From assembly GCA_002633005.1 (NCBI GenBank), contig NMRA01000151.1:349337-413336 (forward strand): a stretch of 64,000 nucleotides of DNA. Reading direction: 5' to 3'. Below, piece after piece: positions 38,550-51,100 of the stretch. The notes beneath the pieces were generated by a model. That model worked only from the letters and a program-made list of their open reading frames with translations. It made no database searches and was not told the DNA's origin. This DNA comes from Phoronis australis. Its lineage: Eukaryota > Animalia > Phoronida. Positions within the stretch are counted from its first letter, which is position 1; every line of letters starts with the position of its first letter. The position numbers were made by a program, and so were the translations under genes.

Positions 38550-41500
38550 TAGTCTGTGGGCCAGATCTCGTAGCGTTCATCCTTGTGAGTACTTTGCGGG
38601 GGGCAACCTAGTTTTTTCTATATGGCTAGATAATATACCTATAAACCAAATTTCAAAAAGTTCCCACGTCTACACTTGCACATTTTTTTAAAAAAAGGTG
38701 TTTTTGTTGCACAAAATATGATGCACATTCCTGCCACTTGATGGCGCTTTTCTATTGAATTGACCAATCAGAGAGCCAGATTGTATTGTTGTGCTTAGTT
38801 ACTTCAATATGGCTGCTCCCATGGAGTGTGATGCCTGTATAATTCAAGGTTTATCAAACAGCACAAAATTGTGATGTCAGAGCCTAAAGAAGCTTAGGAA
38901 AGCTTCCTGACGAAATCTGATTGACTGTGGAACTCTGTAGATCAGTAGATCAAAAAGAAGAAGAGGTGTCACAAACGTTTGTGCAGAAAACAGCTGCATG
39001 TCCTGGTAGCCTACACAGTATACTGCTGAGTGCTGTAGACTAGAAGACCAAGTGTTAGACCAGAAAATTGAAAGGACATAGAACGGCATAGCAACGTTTC
39101 AAGGCACCCACAGTAGTACGAAAGCTGAAGTTGCTGAAAGTGATACAGATGTTATCCAAGATTTCCCAAGAAAATTAATTATACTTCCAAAATCTGAAAC
39201 ACACAATTAACCTGAACAAGATAGGAACATTCTGAAACATGAGTGCATCATTTGTTAGCAGGAAAAGTACATTATGGGCCACATTTCAAGAAAGAGAAAG
39301 AAGTATAGCTTTCAAAAACAGGTATGTGTTTTTGAAAAATACATATTGGTGTTTTCCATGTGTGTTTCAGTATTATCACCAGTTGTTTTTTAACTTGTTC
39401 AGCCCCTTGGCTGCCTAGGCCTTAGACAATACTGCTGACCAAGTAGAGTCGATGATCATACCATAGGTACTCCATATGCCGGATACTTTTCGCAAATTAT
39501 GTTCCTATAAGTTTAGAAATACCGTGTAGAGAGATGCCTCTGAGGAGGTCGTTAATGTTTTCATTTGTTCCCAGTTTAAACAAATACTCCTGCAATTCTG
39601 TTTTTCGAACACTCCATTCAGTTGCCACATCTACACTGCTTGCGCTAAGGAAAAATCATATGGCGTTATATGCTGTGGGTGTGATTTTAAAGCACTTTAA
39701 GTCAAAAATTTTTGAGAAGGTTAAATGGAGTAGATGGTTGCAAACAACATGCCCAAGTGGCCGTCATCCCCTGCCGTAGTCTCAATTTTTTGTAAACATT
39801 AATTACTTAGGTAGGTGCAATGATAATTAAATTAAAGTGCCTAAGTGGCCATCGTCGCCGTCGAAATTTGAGGACAATGGAAGCCACTGTCCATTTCGTC
39901 GATTACCTTAAGTGTAAATCGATTGACTATGGTTTGAGCATCTGATTTAAAAAAATTAAATTTCAATCACTGCACTGGTATATCAGCTGATTTATTTTCA
40001 GTTGCGTCAACTGATCTAATTATTAGACGATCAACATAATTAGGCTACAGATCAGACGGCATGTAAATTTGTTAGGCTGGTGGTGGATCAGTGCCTGATA
40101 AGTCCGTCTGAAAAAGTTGCATGCCAACTCACTCATAGTTGAATGTTAAGTTAGTGTTAACAGTTTGGGTTTTTTTCAGTTGAACTTGTATCGCAAGCAA
40201 CAGCTCAGTCCAGAGCCCTGAATATGCAAATGAAATTCAAAGATAAGGACCTTGTGTCTTAGAAGCCAAGCACCACAGATCATCATGCTATAAAAAATAG
40301 AAAGACAACGATTGTTAAGAGTGACGAATTCACAGTTTTCAGAGATGTTTTTCTAGAGTTTTGTTTGGAGTTCATTGAATCGAGGCTTCTAACACAAGGA
40401 GATGTCATTTGCCATTCAAAACTAAAGCAAGACTTTGAAGCTGTTCTTCAGAAAGCTGGTGTGCATGAAGTTATTGGGACAGGCAATCTTAAGAAATATT
40501 GTTGAAGCTACTCACTGTTGTAGTTTGTGCCCGACTAAGAGATACGAAAGTGAATTGAGGCTAGTGTTCAATAATTCACTTGCTGACTTTTATTAACACA
40601 GCCCATTATAAAATATTTTGAATCAAACGTTTGCCCAAATAGTGCCCGCCTCCAAACAAGGACTTAGTGTTTGACCCTTCATTGCCTGCGGGCTAATCAC
40701 CAGTGTTCAGTGCTGTACCCTCTCTAATCGACCATAGTTGGCTCCTTGCCGGTGGAGCTTTGCAGTTAATATGTATGACAATGACTGCATCTCCATTGAC
40801 AGTACTAAACGATGAACGCTGCAAGTGCAAAAAGAACATGTGTGCTGGGAAACTGAGTTTGTGCTGCAATTCTGGGTCAAACTGTACAGAAATGTGCAGC
40901 TGTGACAACTGTAGTAACATCAGCAATACTGACTTCATAACACTGGATAGTTCTTTGACAAGTCAGTCCTAAATAGACCTCCAACCCCGTTATTTCCTTT
41001 TTTGTATTAAAAAGTTAATTTTATTTGTTGATTAAGTCATAGAAAGTACATACTTTGATCATTGTCATGTATTTGTCTCATACTGCTTGATAAACGCTGT
41101 CAGAATAATCTATTATTTTCATACAGTCTTTGTGCACATTCACAGAGATCATTCACCTATATTGTTTTTGTACTATAACGTATTTCTGGTGTATTATGCA
41201 AACAAGCTGTATTTTACACCATTAGTCAATGTTTTAGTCATTGAGGCACAAATTTTGCCCAGTCTCAAGTGTTTTGTGTTATTTTTGTTGCCTGACAATG
41301 CCAGAATAACTTCCTAGTAACATTCAGACTTAGTTTGCATTTTCGCCACTAGGTGTCTCTTTACATTTTTTAAATTTCACTGTTAATTAACAATTTACAT
41401 AGTAAAACATGTAATGTGAGTGTAATATTGTTCAATACAATGGCACTGATGGGACCATATTACTTGTTTTACAAAAAAGTCACCAAAACTGTTGTTTTTA

Positions 41501-41708
41501 CAAATATAAGTTTACTAAGCTCTTTGGTGATTATTAGGTAACTTCAAACTCAAATTTCTCAAAAATGTGCAACTTTATATGTGGGAAATTTTAGATTTTG
41601 AAAACACTCTAATAAATGAATTAAAAACACCAAAATAAAATTGCCCCCCTAAAGTACTCACAAAAACCATTTTTCGAAGAGGCCCTACAAAATCTGGCCC
41701 ACCGACTA
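38550..41708 (+). mobile_element. Internally deleted Academ-type DNA transposon, TATA TSD
   Basis: TATA|TAGTCTGTGGGCCAGAT...ATCTGGCCCACCGACTA|TATA, with a second TIR block TTGTGAGTACTTT..GGGGGGCAA. The C-terminal Cys-rich finger CKCKKNMC....CC.....CTEMCSCDNCSN lies at ~40820-40917. TAG termini, a 3-4-bp TSD and a Cys8 finger match Academ. Confidence 0.82.
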
Positions 41709-41712
41709 TATA

Positions 41713-44394
41713 GGAGAGTTCACTTGTGAGTTCGCTGTTACCGCTACTACTAGCGCCGCCAAGCAACTCTCAACCAGGAAGCGCCAAAACAATGGGGAAG
41801 GACGCATTTTGCAGTGCTATAAATTTCATGAATTCATCCACGAAAACTCCAGACGTGTCATTTTTTAGGTTTCCTAAGGATTCTGAAAGGTAAGGATTAT
41901 CTGTTATTCAATAAAATGATACATTGGCTTTCATTTTGTGTGTTCTGTTCACGGTTGTGTCTAGACAAGTCGATCACAGTCGCGTTGCCACTGACACTGT
42001 TCTGTTGTCTGCAGTGTAGGCTATGCCTACTGCCTTGTACAACCGGGCTGCCGGCGGAAGGACTATGATGAACGTACGATGTGATCGTCAGCTTTTTGAA
42101 TACTTGCAGTCCATCAATTCCAAATCCAAATGTTACCCGTACGATCGCAGGGGCATTTTTAGGAAAACATACCCATGCCCATGATGGCCATGAGTAATAT
42201 GACTGGTGACACAGCCATGGCACAATCACAGCCACAGGGCCACTAAGTCTGTCATGAGTCAAGTTAGCGAATCTGTGGGTCTCGGTGAAAAGGTGAAAAA
42301 TCCGAACATAATTTTAATGTGCCAGTTGGACCAATTAAGTTAAGCAGTGCGTCATTGAAAACTTAATTCTATGTGTCAATGATGCGGGGGCGCGGCCCTG
42401 TTAAAATATCCGTGGATCAACATTTGAGTCCGAGTTTTTTTCAGTTGACACCAAAACGCTTTTGTCTCTATCACAATCACAGTACGACAGGAATTCTGTA
42501 GTGTAGTGTACTTTGGTGTAGGCTACCAGTCTTCTGTGAACCTAGTGAGTATGAGGTTTGTTCCTGAGCCTCACAGTCATTGATTTCTGTTCAGGTGCAA
42601 GTGCTGGGAGCTGACCTTATGAATAGAGATGCAACCTATGTGTCCAAGAACCGCAAGATATGCTCTCATCACTTCGAGGAGTCCATGTTCATGAATGAAG
42701 AACAAGCTGGTATTGACTGTATAGCGCCGAACAATATTTGATGTCCCGAATCCACCAAAAATGAAGATGTCAGGGTCAAAAAGTTCTCCAGAAATTATAT
42801 TACAGCTCTGGAATAGGCTTTTTTGCATTTCTGATTATCGTCTCACAAAGCAAGTACTGGAACATCACGTGTAGAAAGGACAATTAGTCCTCAAAATCTG
42901 GTTTTCGTATTTTACTAAGGTTGATCAGATTGAAACATTTTATGAATGCGGGTTAGGCTGTGATTTGGAGAGAGCCAAAGTGAAACTGATGGATCATTCA
43001 GAGTCTGAGTGGTGGGCTGAAATTTTGCTAAACCCAAGCTATCCGTATCATTTTGCTTCTCGATGACAAACACCTCTGTGAGTAAATTAGTTTTCAGCTT
43101 TATTTATAACGCATTTCTTTGGCGAAAAGTGCAGTTGTTTGCTAATAAATTAATAGAGAATGACAAGGTTGGTCAGATTTTCTTGTTGTATTGGTTGGTG
43201 TACGTGTTGCCTGTTTTGTACGTTTTTGGAGATTGTGATTGATTTAAGCCCCAGTTGTGGCTAGGTATCAGATATGATCTTGTGGTCTGGCTTTAACTTA
43301 CCTGAAATATTTACTAATAGGAACAGTGGGTATATAAAATAAAATTTTGGTTTTATCATCCAAGTCTCTTTAATTCAATTTTGCATGAAGTTATGTGGGT
43401 AGTGAATATTTTGATTGCTGTTTAGTACCTCTTAATTTTTTGTCATGATATTTTGAACTTTGACTAGTTATGAGTGATGCTATACTCAATGTTACTTCAT
43501 TTTGTAAGTTGTGAGCTATTCTACAGATTAGCAAGTGACTTGTAACTGTTGGTGAGTGGGAGAGTGGGATTGAGCCCTATACTGGCATGTCTAAGAAATA
43601 ATGGAATGTTCTAAAATTGTATTACGATTTTGTTGTAGTGATGAATTGCCGTGCTTTCTTCTTCTCACTTGTGTAACACCCACTGCACAAAACAATTGTC
43701 TGCATTGCCAGTAGCCTCATGCATTGAATAGGGAACACATGCGAAATTGTTGGGTGGAGATGAAACCAGCAGTGAGCTGGGAACAACATGTTTGTCAATG
43801 GTCAGGGGAGCAACCAAAATGTGTGACGATGGGAGGGGCTCAACACCCATGTGGCATACATACCCATTGGTTTTTACCTGTTTAGCACTCCTCCCATGTA
43901 ACCCCCCTGGGAGGGGGTCAACACCCACTTGGCGCCCACCTGCCGGTTTTTGTCTGGTACCCCCTTAGCTGGCACCTGGAGGGAATTCCCCTCTGAACCC
44001 CCAGGGGCAATCATTCAAATTAGGTAGTCCATGGAGGTATGAACTGTTATAAGGAACGATAATTGCCGTGTTAAGAACTCAAACATGAAACAAAACCATG
44101 ATGAATTTTGAAGGGAGCTTCAAGAGAATAAAAACAAATACACTTTAATATTGATTAAAATATACATTTTCTTTCTCATTCTATTGTAAGTGGATGTTAG
44201 TTTATGTATTCTAACCATTTTCAATCACACAGTAATTTTATTGCACGTTGAATGTCATTAAAGTATGAATTTATGAGCGTTTACATTATTCGGACTGCGC
44301 GCCAAACTAAGTGTTGATTATTCACCGCTTGGAGCGCTAGTGTTTCGACCAGTAACCGTTGCGGCGAATGGTAAAATGGCGGAGTGAACTTTCC
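41713..44394 (+). mobile_element. Non-autonomous DNA transposon with a spliced THAP relic (superfamily uncertain)
   Basis: TATA|GGAGAGTTCACT...AGTGAACTTTCC|TATA. Exon 1 at 41792-41889 reads MGKDAFCSAIN...SFFRFPKDSER|gtaagg. Exon 2 from ~42595 (ttcag|) reads ...ADLMN...KICSHHFEESMF...TIFDVPNPP, a THAP12/PRKRIR-like THAP domain. Confidence 0.75.
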
Positions 44395-47300
44395 TATACT
44401 CGTACACTCCTTGGGCTAGCTGTCGTGTTGACAAAATTTTGAAGTGTCAGAACCATAGACTGAGCGCGCGAGAGGTCTATGATTCCTGTTCTAATTCAGT
44501 TGACGAAAAAATTGCTGTCGGTATAAAGAACGACCCGGCGTGGGGAATTCATTTTGAGGTGGACACCTGTATCCAAGAATAAATATTAATATGGACAGCA
44601 CACAAACGCAATAGTTTGAAAGCTTCTAATTGTGTCGATAGATATTATAATACCATGCATTTTCCATTAATTTATTACTCACGGTTTCGCTCCTGGTCTT
44701 TAAAGAAAGCAATCTTTAAAGCTTCCTTTCTCTCCGTGTACTCCTCGATATCCTTCCCGTCGCACTCATCTATGACTTCAGTCAGATTCACAACGGAAAA
44801 TTTAACGTCTTTAATAAACGATAGCTCAACACTGGGTTTTCTCAAGCTCAACTGTCAAATCATTGCTAGTTGTACTCTGTAATATCTCACCCTCCGCGTT
44901 TCGTTTCTTTGGGAGGTTGCGGTATCGTGAAGCAGCGCCGTCGAGTGAGAGAAGTTGCACCGGATAATTGGAATTGGTTGCAGTACTTTCCTTTAGAGTG
45001 CCCCGACTGCCGTTTTCTTGGCAAGTCACCTTGCCTCCCTAATTTTTTTCTGGGCATATAAGGCATCGGCCTTCTGCGGTAATCAACCTTTTATCTGCTA
45101 TGGAAATGTTACGCCTATTTTTTATCATATTAGCACACTTTGTGGCTCTCAAGCATATCCCGGACCAGCTGTAAGTCTAACGTTAGATATTTCGGCAAAA
45201 ATCGCACACAGCTACAGTTAGCACTGTCATAATCGTATTTCTTAATTCCGCCACAGTATGCATACTTGGAAGTTAGTTTTGCTAGGTCTTCTCCCAAATT
45301 AATCCACAATAGTTGTTCATTTTTAAATGCCTCATTTCCTCCCTAAGGACAGTTCCGTCAACACAAAACGTTTCCTTGCCATTCTTCAAAATTCGTGTAC
45401 ATGCGCTTGCTTCAAAGGACCAGTAGCCGTGGCTGGAATATCGGCAGCTTCACAACTAAGACTACAGCTCCTGTTGAAATTCTTCATACTTCAAAATTCT
45501 TGTTTGCAGGTGCTCATAATTGCCTTCAATAGTTTTCATAATAAGAGACTATAAATCCGAGTTATCACACACGCCCACTGGCCTGCTGCTGCCTTCCATT
45601 TTCACTGCATGACAGCGTTTTCCCGTTCAGTGACTTAAGCAGTCCTTGAAGGGGGCCATTGGTGACATTTAAGTGACCACCTTTTTCGTGTTTTTATTGA
45701 CAAATTATTAAAGGGGCCACTCACGCAGAGAGGGCCCAATGTTGGAATTCAGTGATTACCTCTATTTTCCTGTTTTTTGTGAAATCGCACAACCGGCTTT
45801 CATATTGTGGAATGTCATTTCTTGCTGGGTTACAAGACGTGTAAAAGAATCAACTGTCACTCTTTCCCAAGCTTAATAAAATTAATAATTTTTAGTCTTT
45901 CATTCCATTTTAGACGGGATCCTCTCTCGGTGGGGCGGTTCGGGAGAATTGACGTTTTGGTCAATGGGCAGCGCACCATAGGGCGCTGGGAGGGGAGGGC
46001 TATAGCTCCACTTTTTTCAGTGCTACGCTGCATATGGTCTATAGGCGGTNTGAGGGGGCTTTAGCCCCACCTTTTTTTAGTCCTGGCCCTCTGTACACCT
46101 CCGACATGACTCTGCCAACTACTCACGAGGGGAAGTTGAGATTCCGAATTCATAAAAAACACAAAACATTAGCGCACAGCACAGAAGTTACCTTGTAAGA
46201 AATGGCGATGCGTCACTGAACTTAGTTGAAGGCTGACTTGGGAAAATTCGACCAATCAACTGACCACCACATCGCAATGAAGTACACTAACGATAACAGT
46301 GAGAAGTTCATGAATGTCGAGCAGCTCTAAATGCTTTATTGAATTAAAAACTAGACTAGTGAAATTTAAAAAAATGCAAACCGTAGATCGAAAAAGAAGT
46401 TCAAGTCATTGCTCATAAAGATTGTCCCAGTAGTATTATGCAATGAATTTTTGTTCTTCTAAACCGAATCGTTTGCTTGCCATTCCCATGCATACTGTAC
46501 AGGCTGGGCAAGTCATGACTCAGTGACGTAGCCACGTTAAAAATAAGGTGTAGTCATGCATTAGGCCGGCGTAGAATCCGCGGCCAGTGATTGACGAGAA
46601 ATGAACTTGAAGTACAGACGTTCAAGTGTGTACATGTACATTTTTGGGACAACGTTCATTTCCCCAGCCGCCCGGCAGAAGCTGGACAAGTGGCCGTGTT
46701 TCAACAAGGAATTTTGATGAGCTCTATAAGCCAAGGCCTTCGGGGACCATACAGTGTACCTTTCAAAAAAATCTTCAGGGAATGACCCAATTAAAATGAA
46801 CTTTTCCCGAAACTGGGGATCAAAAAAAAAAACGATCTTTGGAGCCAGAACACGGGTATAAGTTCGAGCTAAACCGCACGTCCCAAATGAATCATAGCGG
46901 AGCTGACNNNNNNNNNNNNNNNNNNNNNNNNNNNNNNNNNNNNNNNNNNNNNNNNNNNNNNNNNNNNNNNNNNNNNNNNNNNNNNNNNNNNNNNNNNNNN
47001 NNNNNNNNNNNNNNNNNNNNNNNNNNNNNNNNNNNNNNNNNNNNNNNNNNNNNNNNNNNNNNNNNNNNNNNNNNNNNNNNNNNNNNNNNNNNNNNNNNNN
47101 NNNNNNNNNNNNNNNNNNNNNNNNNNNNNNNNNNNNNNNNNNNNNNNNNNNNNNNNNNNNNNNNNNNNNNNNNNNNNNNNNNNNNNNNNNNNNNNNNNNN
47201 NNNNNNNNNNNNNNNNNNNNNNNNNNNNNNNNNNNNNNNNNNNNNNNNNNNNNNNNNNNNNNNNNNNNNNNNNNNNNNNNNNNNNNNNNNNNNNNNNNNN

Positions 47301-47695
47301 NNNNNNNNNNNNNNNNNNNNNNNNNNNNNNNNNNNNNNNNNNNNNNNNNNNNNNNNNNNNNNNNNNNNNNNNNNNNNNNNNNNNNNNNNNNNNNNNNNNN
47401 NNNNNNNNNNNNNNNNNNNNNNNNNNNNNNNNNNNNNNNNNNNNNNNNNNNNNNNNNNNNNNNNNNNNNNNNNNNNNNNNNNNNNNNNNNNNNNNNNNNN
47501 NNNNNNNNNNNNNNNNNNNNNNNNNNNNNNNNNNNNNNNNNNNNNNNNNNNNNNNNNNNNNNNNNNNNNNNNNNNNNNNNNNNNNNNNNNNNNNNNNNNN
47601 NNNNNNNNNNNNNNNNNNNNNNNNNNNNNNNNNNNNNNNNNNNNNNNNNNNNNNNNNNNNNNNNNNNNNNNNNNNNNNNNNNNNNNNNNNNNNNN

Positions 47696-48143
47696 TACTC
47701 GGGCTCAAACATGTACCCACCCACTGAATGTCCGTGAAAAAATTCCTCGTCACCACTGCTGTGAACAAGGTCTCCGTCACTCACACTACTGTCACTGTGA
47801 TACGGGTCACCGACTCCAGCCATCTTCAGCTTACAACACACTAAACAATCCCTAAATCCAACGTAGTTGAGTTCTCTACTAACCTATCTTGCCGCAGAAT
47901 ACTCGCCGATGGAAAGTGGTGGCGACAATTGTTGAAAAACAGCACAAAACAAAAGTAGAATAGAATAGATTCGCACGGTAAACTCAACGCAAAACCAAGT
48001 GGCGGGAAACGCTTGCCTCCTAAAACGTCACTTCCGCAGTAGAGGACGAGTAATTAATAAAATTACGAAAAGCTGTAATTAAGTGGATAACCAACCAACC
48101 TTATTTTAGCTCAAAATGACATGAAAAAAGGTTGCCTTCGCCT
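47696..48143 (-). mobile_element. Second copy (one end only) of the 2479-3695 Kolobok family, opposite orientation, with the start of a KolX-like ORF
   Basis: 47874-48143 is the near-identical reverse complement of 2479-2761 apart from a ~14-bp deletion, and ends GCCTTCGCCT|TTAA. The minus-strand ORF MAGVGDPYHSDSS...GGYMFEPE runs into the gap. Confidence 0.82.
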
Positions 48144-51100
48144 TTAAGCAAAATGACGAAGTCCACGCATACACACATGCAAGCGTATCCAAATACAATT
48201 AAATGTATTTTCATGTGAAACCATACTCAATGTTCTTTGAACTTGGGTGAGTTCTTAGTTTTCTTGGAATCATAGGTATACCCGATCAGGTAGACTACTG
48301 CGTTTCAAGTCATACACTATAGGCACCTGACGTTTCTAATTGGAAGCTCGCGCCGTATGACGTCGTATGACGTAGGCGATGCGACCCTCGTTTGCATTAA
48401 CCTGGTTCCCGGGCCTCACAAGCTGACGTCACGGATTGCTTGTGAAGGCCCAGGTACAGAGCACTAGAACGATGGTTTTCATTGGCTGTCAGCTGGCAAT
48501 TTTTAACCAGGAAGTTTGCTCTGCGCATGCTGACATCCGGTATTACGTTATCAGATCGCTAGGTGTTGCGACACTAAAAGTTATTTTGCGACTGGGTCAC
48601 GTTTGCGGTCGGGGGGAACTCTCTGGTGATGTAGCTGTTTATATATTGTGATATCACCAACAAACTGTTGTAAAATCATGTAATTGTCCATTCCTTACTA
48701 GGAAAATAAACCTGAATTAACAATGGCTTCACTCTTTTCACTTGGCTATTTTCAGATTCATTGTTTGAACGCTCGGCGTTTTATGAATTGAAAACGTCCC
48801 GAAATCGTGGATCCTCCCTTGCTGTAAGATCTTACAGCAGGGGATGATCCAGGATTTTGAGTTAGGGGGTAGGGTCAAGGGCAGAGTATTTTACCCGTCA
48901 AACATTTGCACCCCCAAACTGCCAAATGGAATCTGGGAGAACTTTAGGCAGGGCCATGTGGCCCCTTGCCGCCCCCCTTCCCCCAATCCGTTTTTGTACA
49001 TTGTTACAGTAGACACTGCTGGCACCCAATTTCCACCAATTCACAGCCTACACAGTCTTCACCTCCTAGAACAACACAATTTTCGACCATCCAGGTAGCC
49101 AAAATTCTCAAGCTACACCCCTCACCTCGTTGACATACTAATTTTTTCTTCCCCATTTCCCTTTTTGAGGTGGGACCCCCCACAACTTGAGGGCCCTAAG
49201 CCATTCAGATCACCGTGGGTGTATTCGGGACCTCAGACTTCTCATTCGAGGTGAATTTAACCTGCGTGATTATCAAACTTAGTGGAGAATGATTGGCCAT
49301 AAAGTTTGAACATGCACTGAAAACATTAACTTCCAAGGGCATCCAGAACACCTCGGGTGTTTTCGTAACCTCAAATTTCACCTAATAGGTGAACGCTGTC
49401 TGCATGTGTGCGGACTTCAGTTAGCCTATTATTTACAAGATTGAAAATGACGTGACTTGCTATATTTTGGATAACATTCATCTCCGAGAAGATATTTGAG
49501 GCTACGAAAATACCAGAAGTGTTTCTTAGAAAAATTTGTACACGTAAATAGGAAAATAGCCGAGGAGCTCCAGATGTTCCGAGGGTAAATTTGTAGCTAC
49601 GAAAATACCCGTGAGGTGTTCCAAATGGGCCATAACCTTTAGTTTTGTGCATATCTGGTACTAGAAGAATCTCCACCCATTTAGACAGTGGCTGAAAAAC
49701 ATTATGTTTGTGGTCCGAGATTTGGACTTCAATAAAATTGTAACCTAATGTTTCAAATGCACAATCTTTTTATAAGAGCTAATGCTAACAACTGAATCCT
49801 TTCGTAGTAATTCTTGGACAGCTGTCTTTTTCACCCATTGAGCTTGAAGGGCTCAGAGATTCCTGTTGCCAAAAATGAGTCTGGTGTCCAAGGTTTTAAA
49901 AATACAGGTATCGTATTAAACCCCTTTTGCAGTAGGAAAAAGGTACCGTTTGCAGTGTTTTTAACTTCCGTAGTCAAACCCGTTGTATTCATGGGAAAAA
50001 GTTTTCTTTGGTAGGGATTTTTTCAAGCACCATTTTGAAGAGAAATTGTTTGAGAAAAATCACCCAGTTGAGTGTCGTATTTTGTATAAACCTGTGGGAG
50101 TACCCCCTTTGAATGGTTTTAGGAGGGTACTTTGAAAGCCCAGGGATGGTGGAATGAACCCTATCCCTATACCTAACAATGTGAGCTGAACATCTTGGAA
50201 AGTACAAGCACAATTGTTATTTCAGAATGCGCTTATCAGATGGTGTCTTCTAGCTTCCAGATTTCCTTCGAATTAGATCCATTAAAGTTGCTATAAATGC
50301 GTCTTATGTGAAAAAGAATAAATTTTGATCTGAACAAATTACCACTATATACAGGAATTGGAATGACTATAAGAGGAAAATTTTCCAGGTGATCTATCAT
50401 TTCACAAATAGGCTTGTGTGAAATATTTTTTGTGTTGTAAAATTAAACTGAAATAAATGTTTTTGCATGAATCAAGTTAGCCAAAAAGTGATGATAAAAA
50501 GAAACTGGAAATTGAATAAGAGGAAATAAAAACAAAAAAGGAAAATTCCAAGCCCTGTATATATCCCTGTCTCAACTTGTTCTTTAGTGGACTTGGAAGA
50601 ATTTAAACTTTGTTATTGCTCAAAGCCATAGTTATTGCACCAGGTCTTAAGCAATAACAAACTATCAGTTCAACCGAAGCCAATATACCACATGTGATCT
50701 CAGTAAGGAACAGTACGAGATCAAGAGTCTAATCACGAGCGGACACATGAAAATTGACATCAGAAACTAGTATCTAAATCCAATGCCAATCTTCATGTGA
50801 GTGCTTGTGATTTTTGCTACTAATTTGGCCAAAACAACATTGTTTGTACCAGACCAATCTTATATTGTTACATGACGATTCTAAAAAGAGGTTGGGTTAA
50901 TAGCAGCTAGAAAAATGGTAAAATTTGTGGATAAGGAACTTCAAAAGGGTTCATTTTTTCAACACAGTTTAGTACAGATGTTTTATTATTCTCCACATAG
51001 CATTTAAATGCTTTTTGGGCTAAACAGATTCCAGCCCAGTCTTGTATGGATTGATTTAAAACCCTGAAAAGGGATTATGCGATCATGTTTTGGGAATACA

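Noticed and set aside
44454-44481. CATAGAC...GTCTATG mini inverted repeat resembling P-element ends
   Set aside because: Only a 7-bp match with no TSD; too short to call.
46561-47855. Long ORFs of 300-426 aa in the track (also 2649-3227 and 2678-3430)
   Set aside because: Their length comes from runs of N in assembly gaps; only the short THAP and YMFEPE segments are real coding signal.
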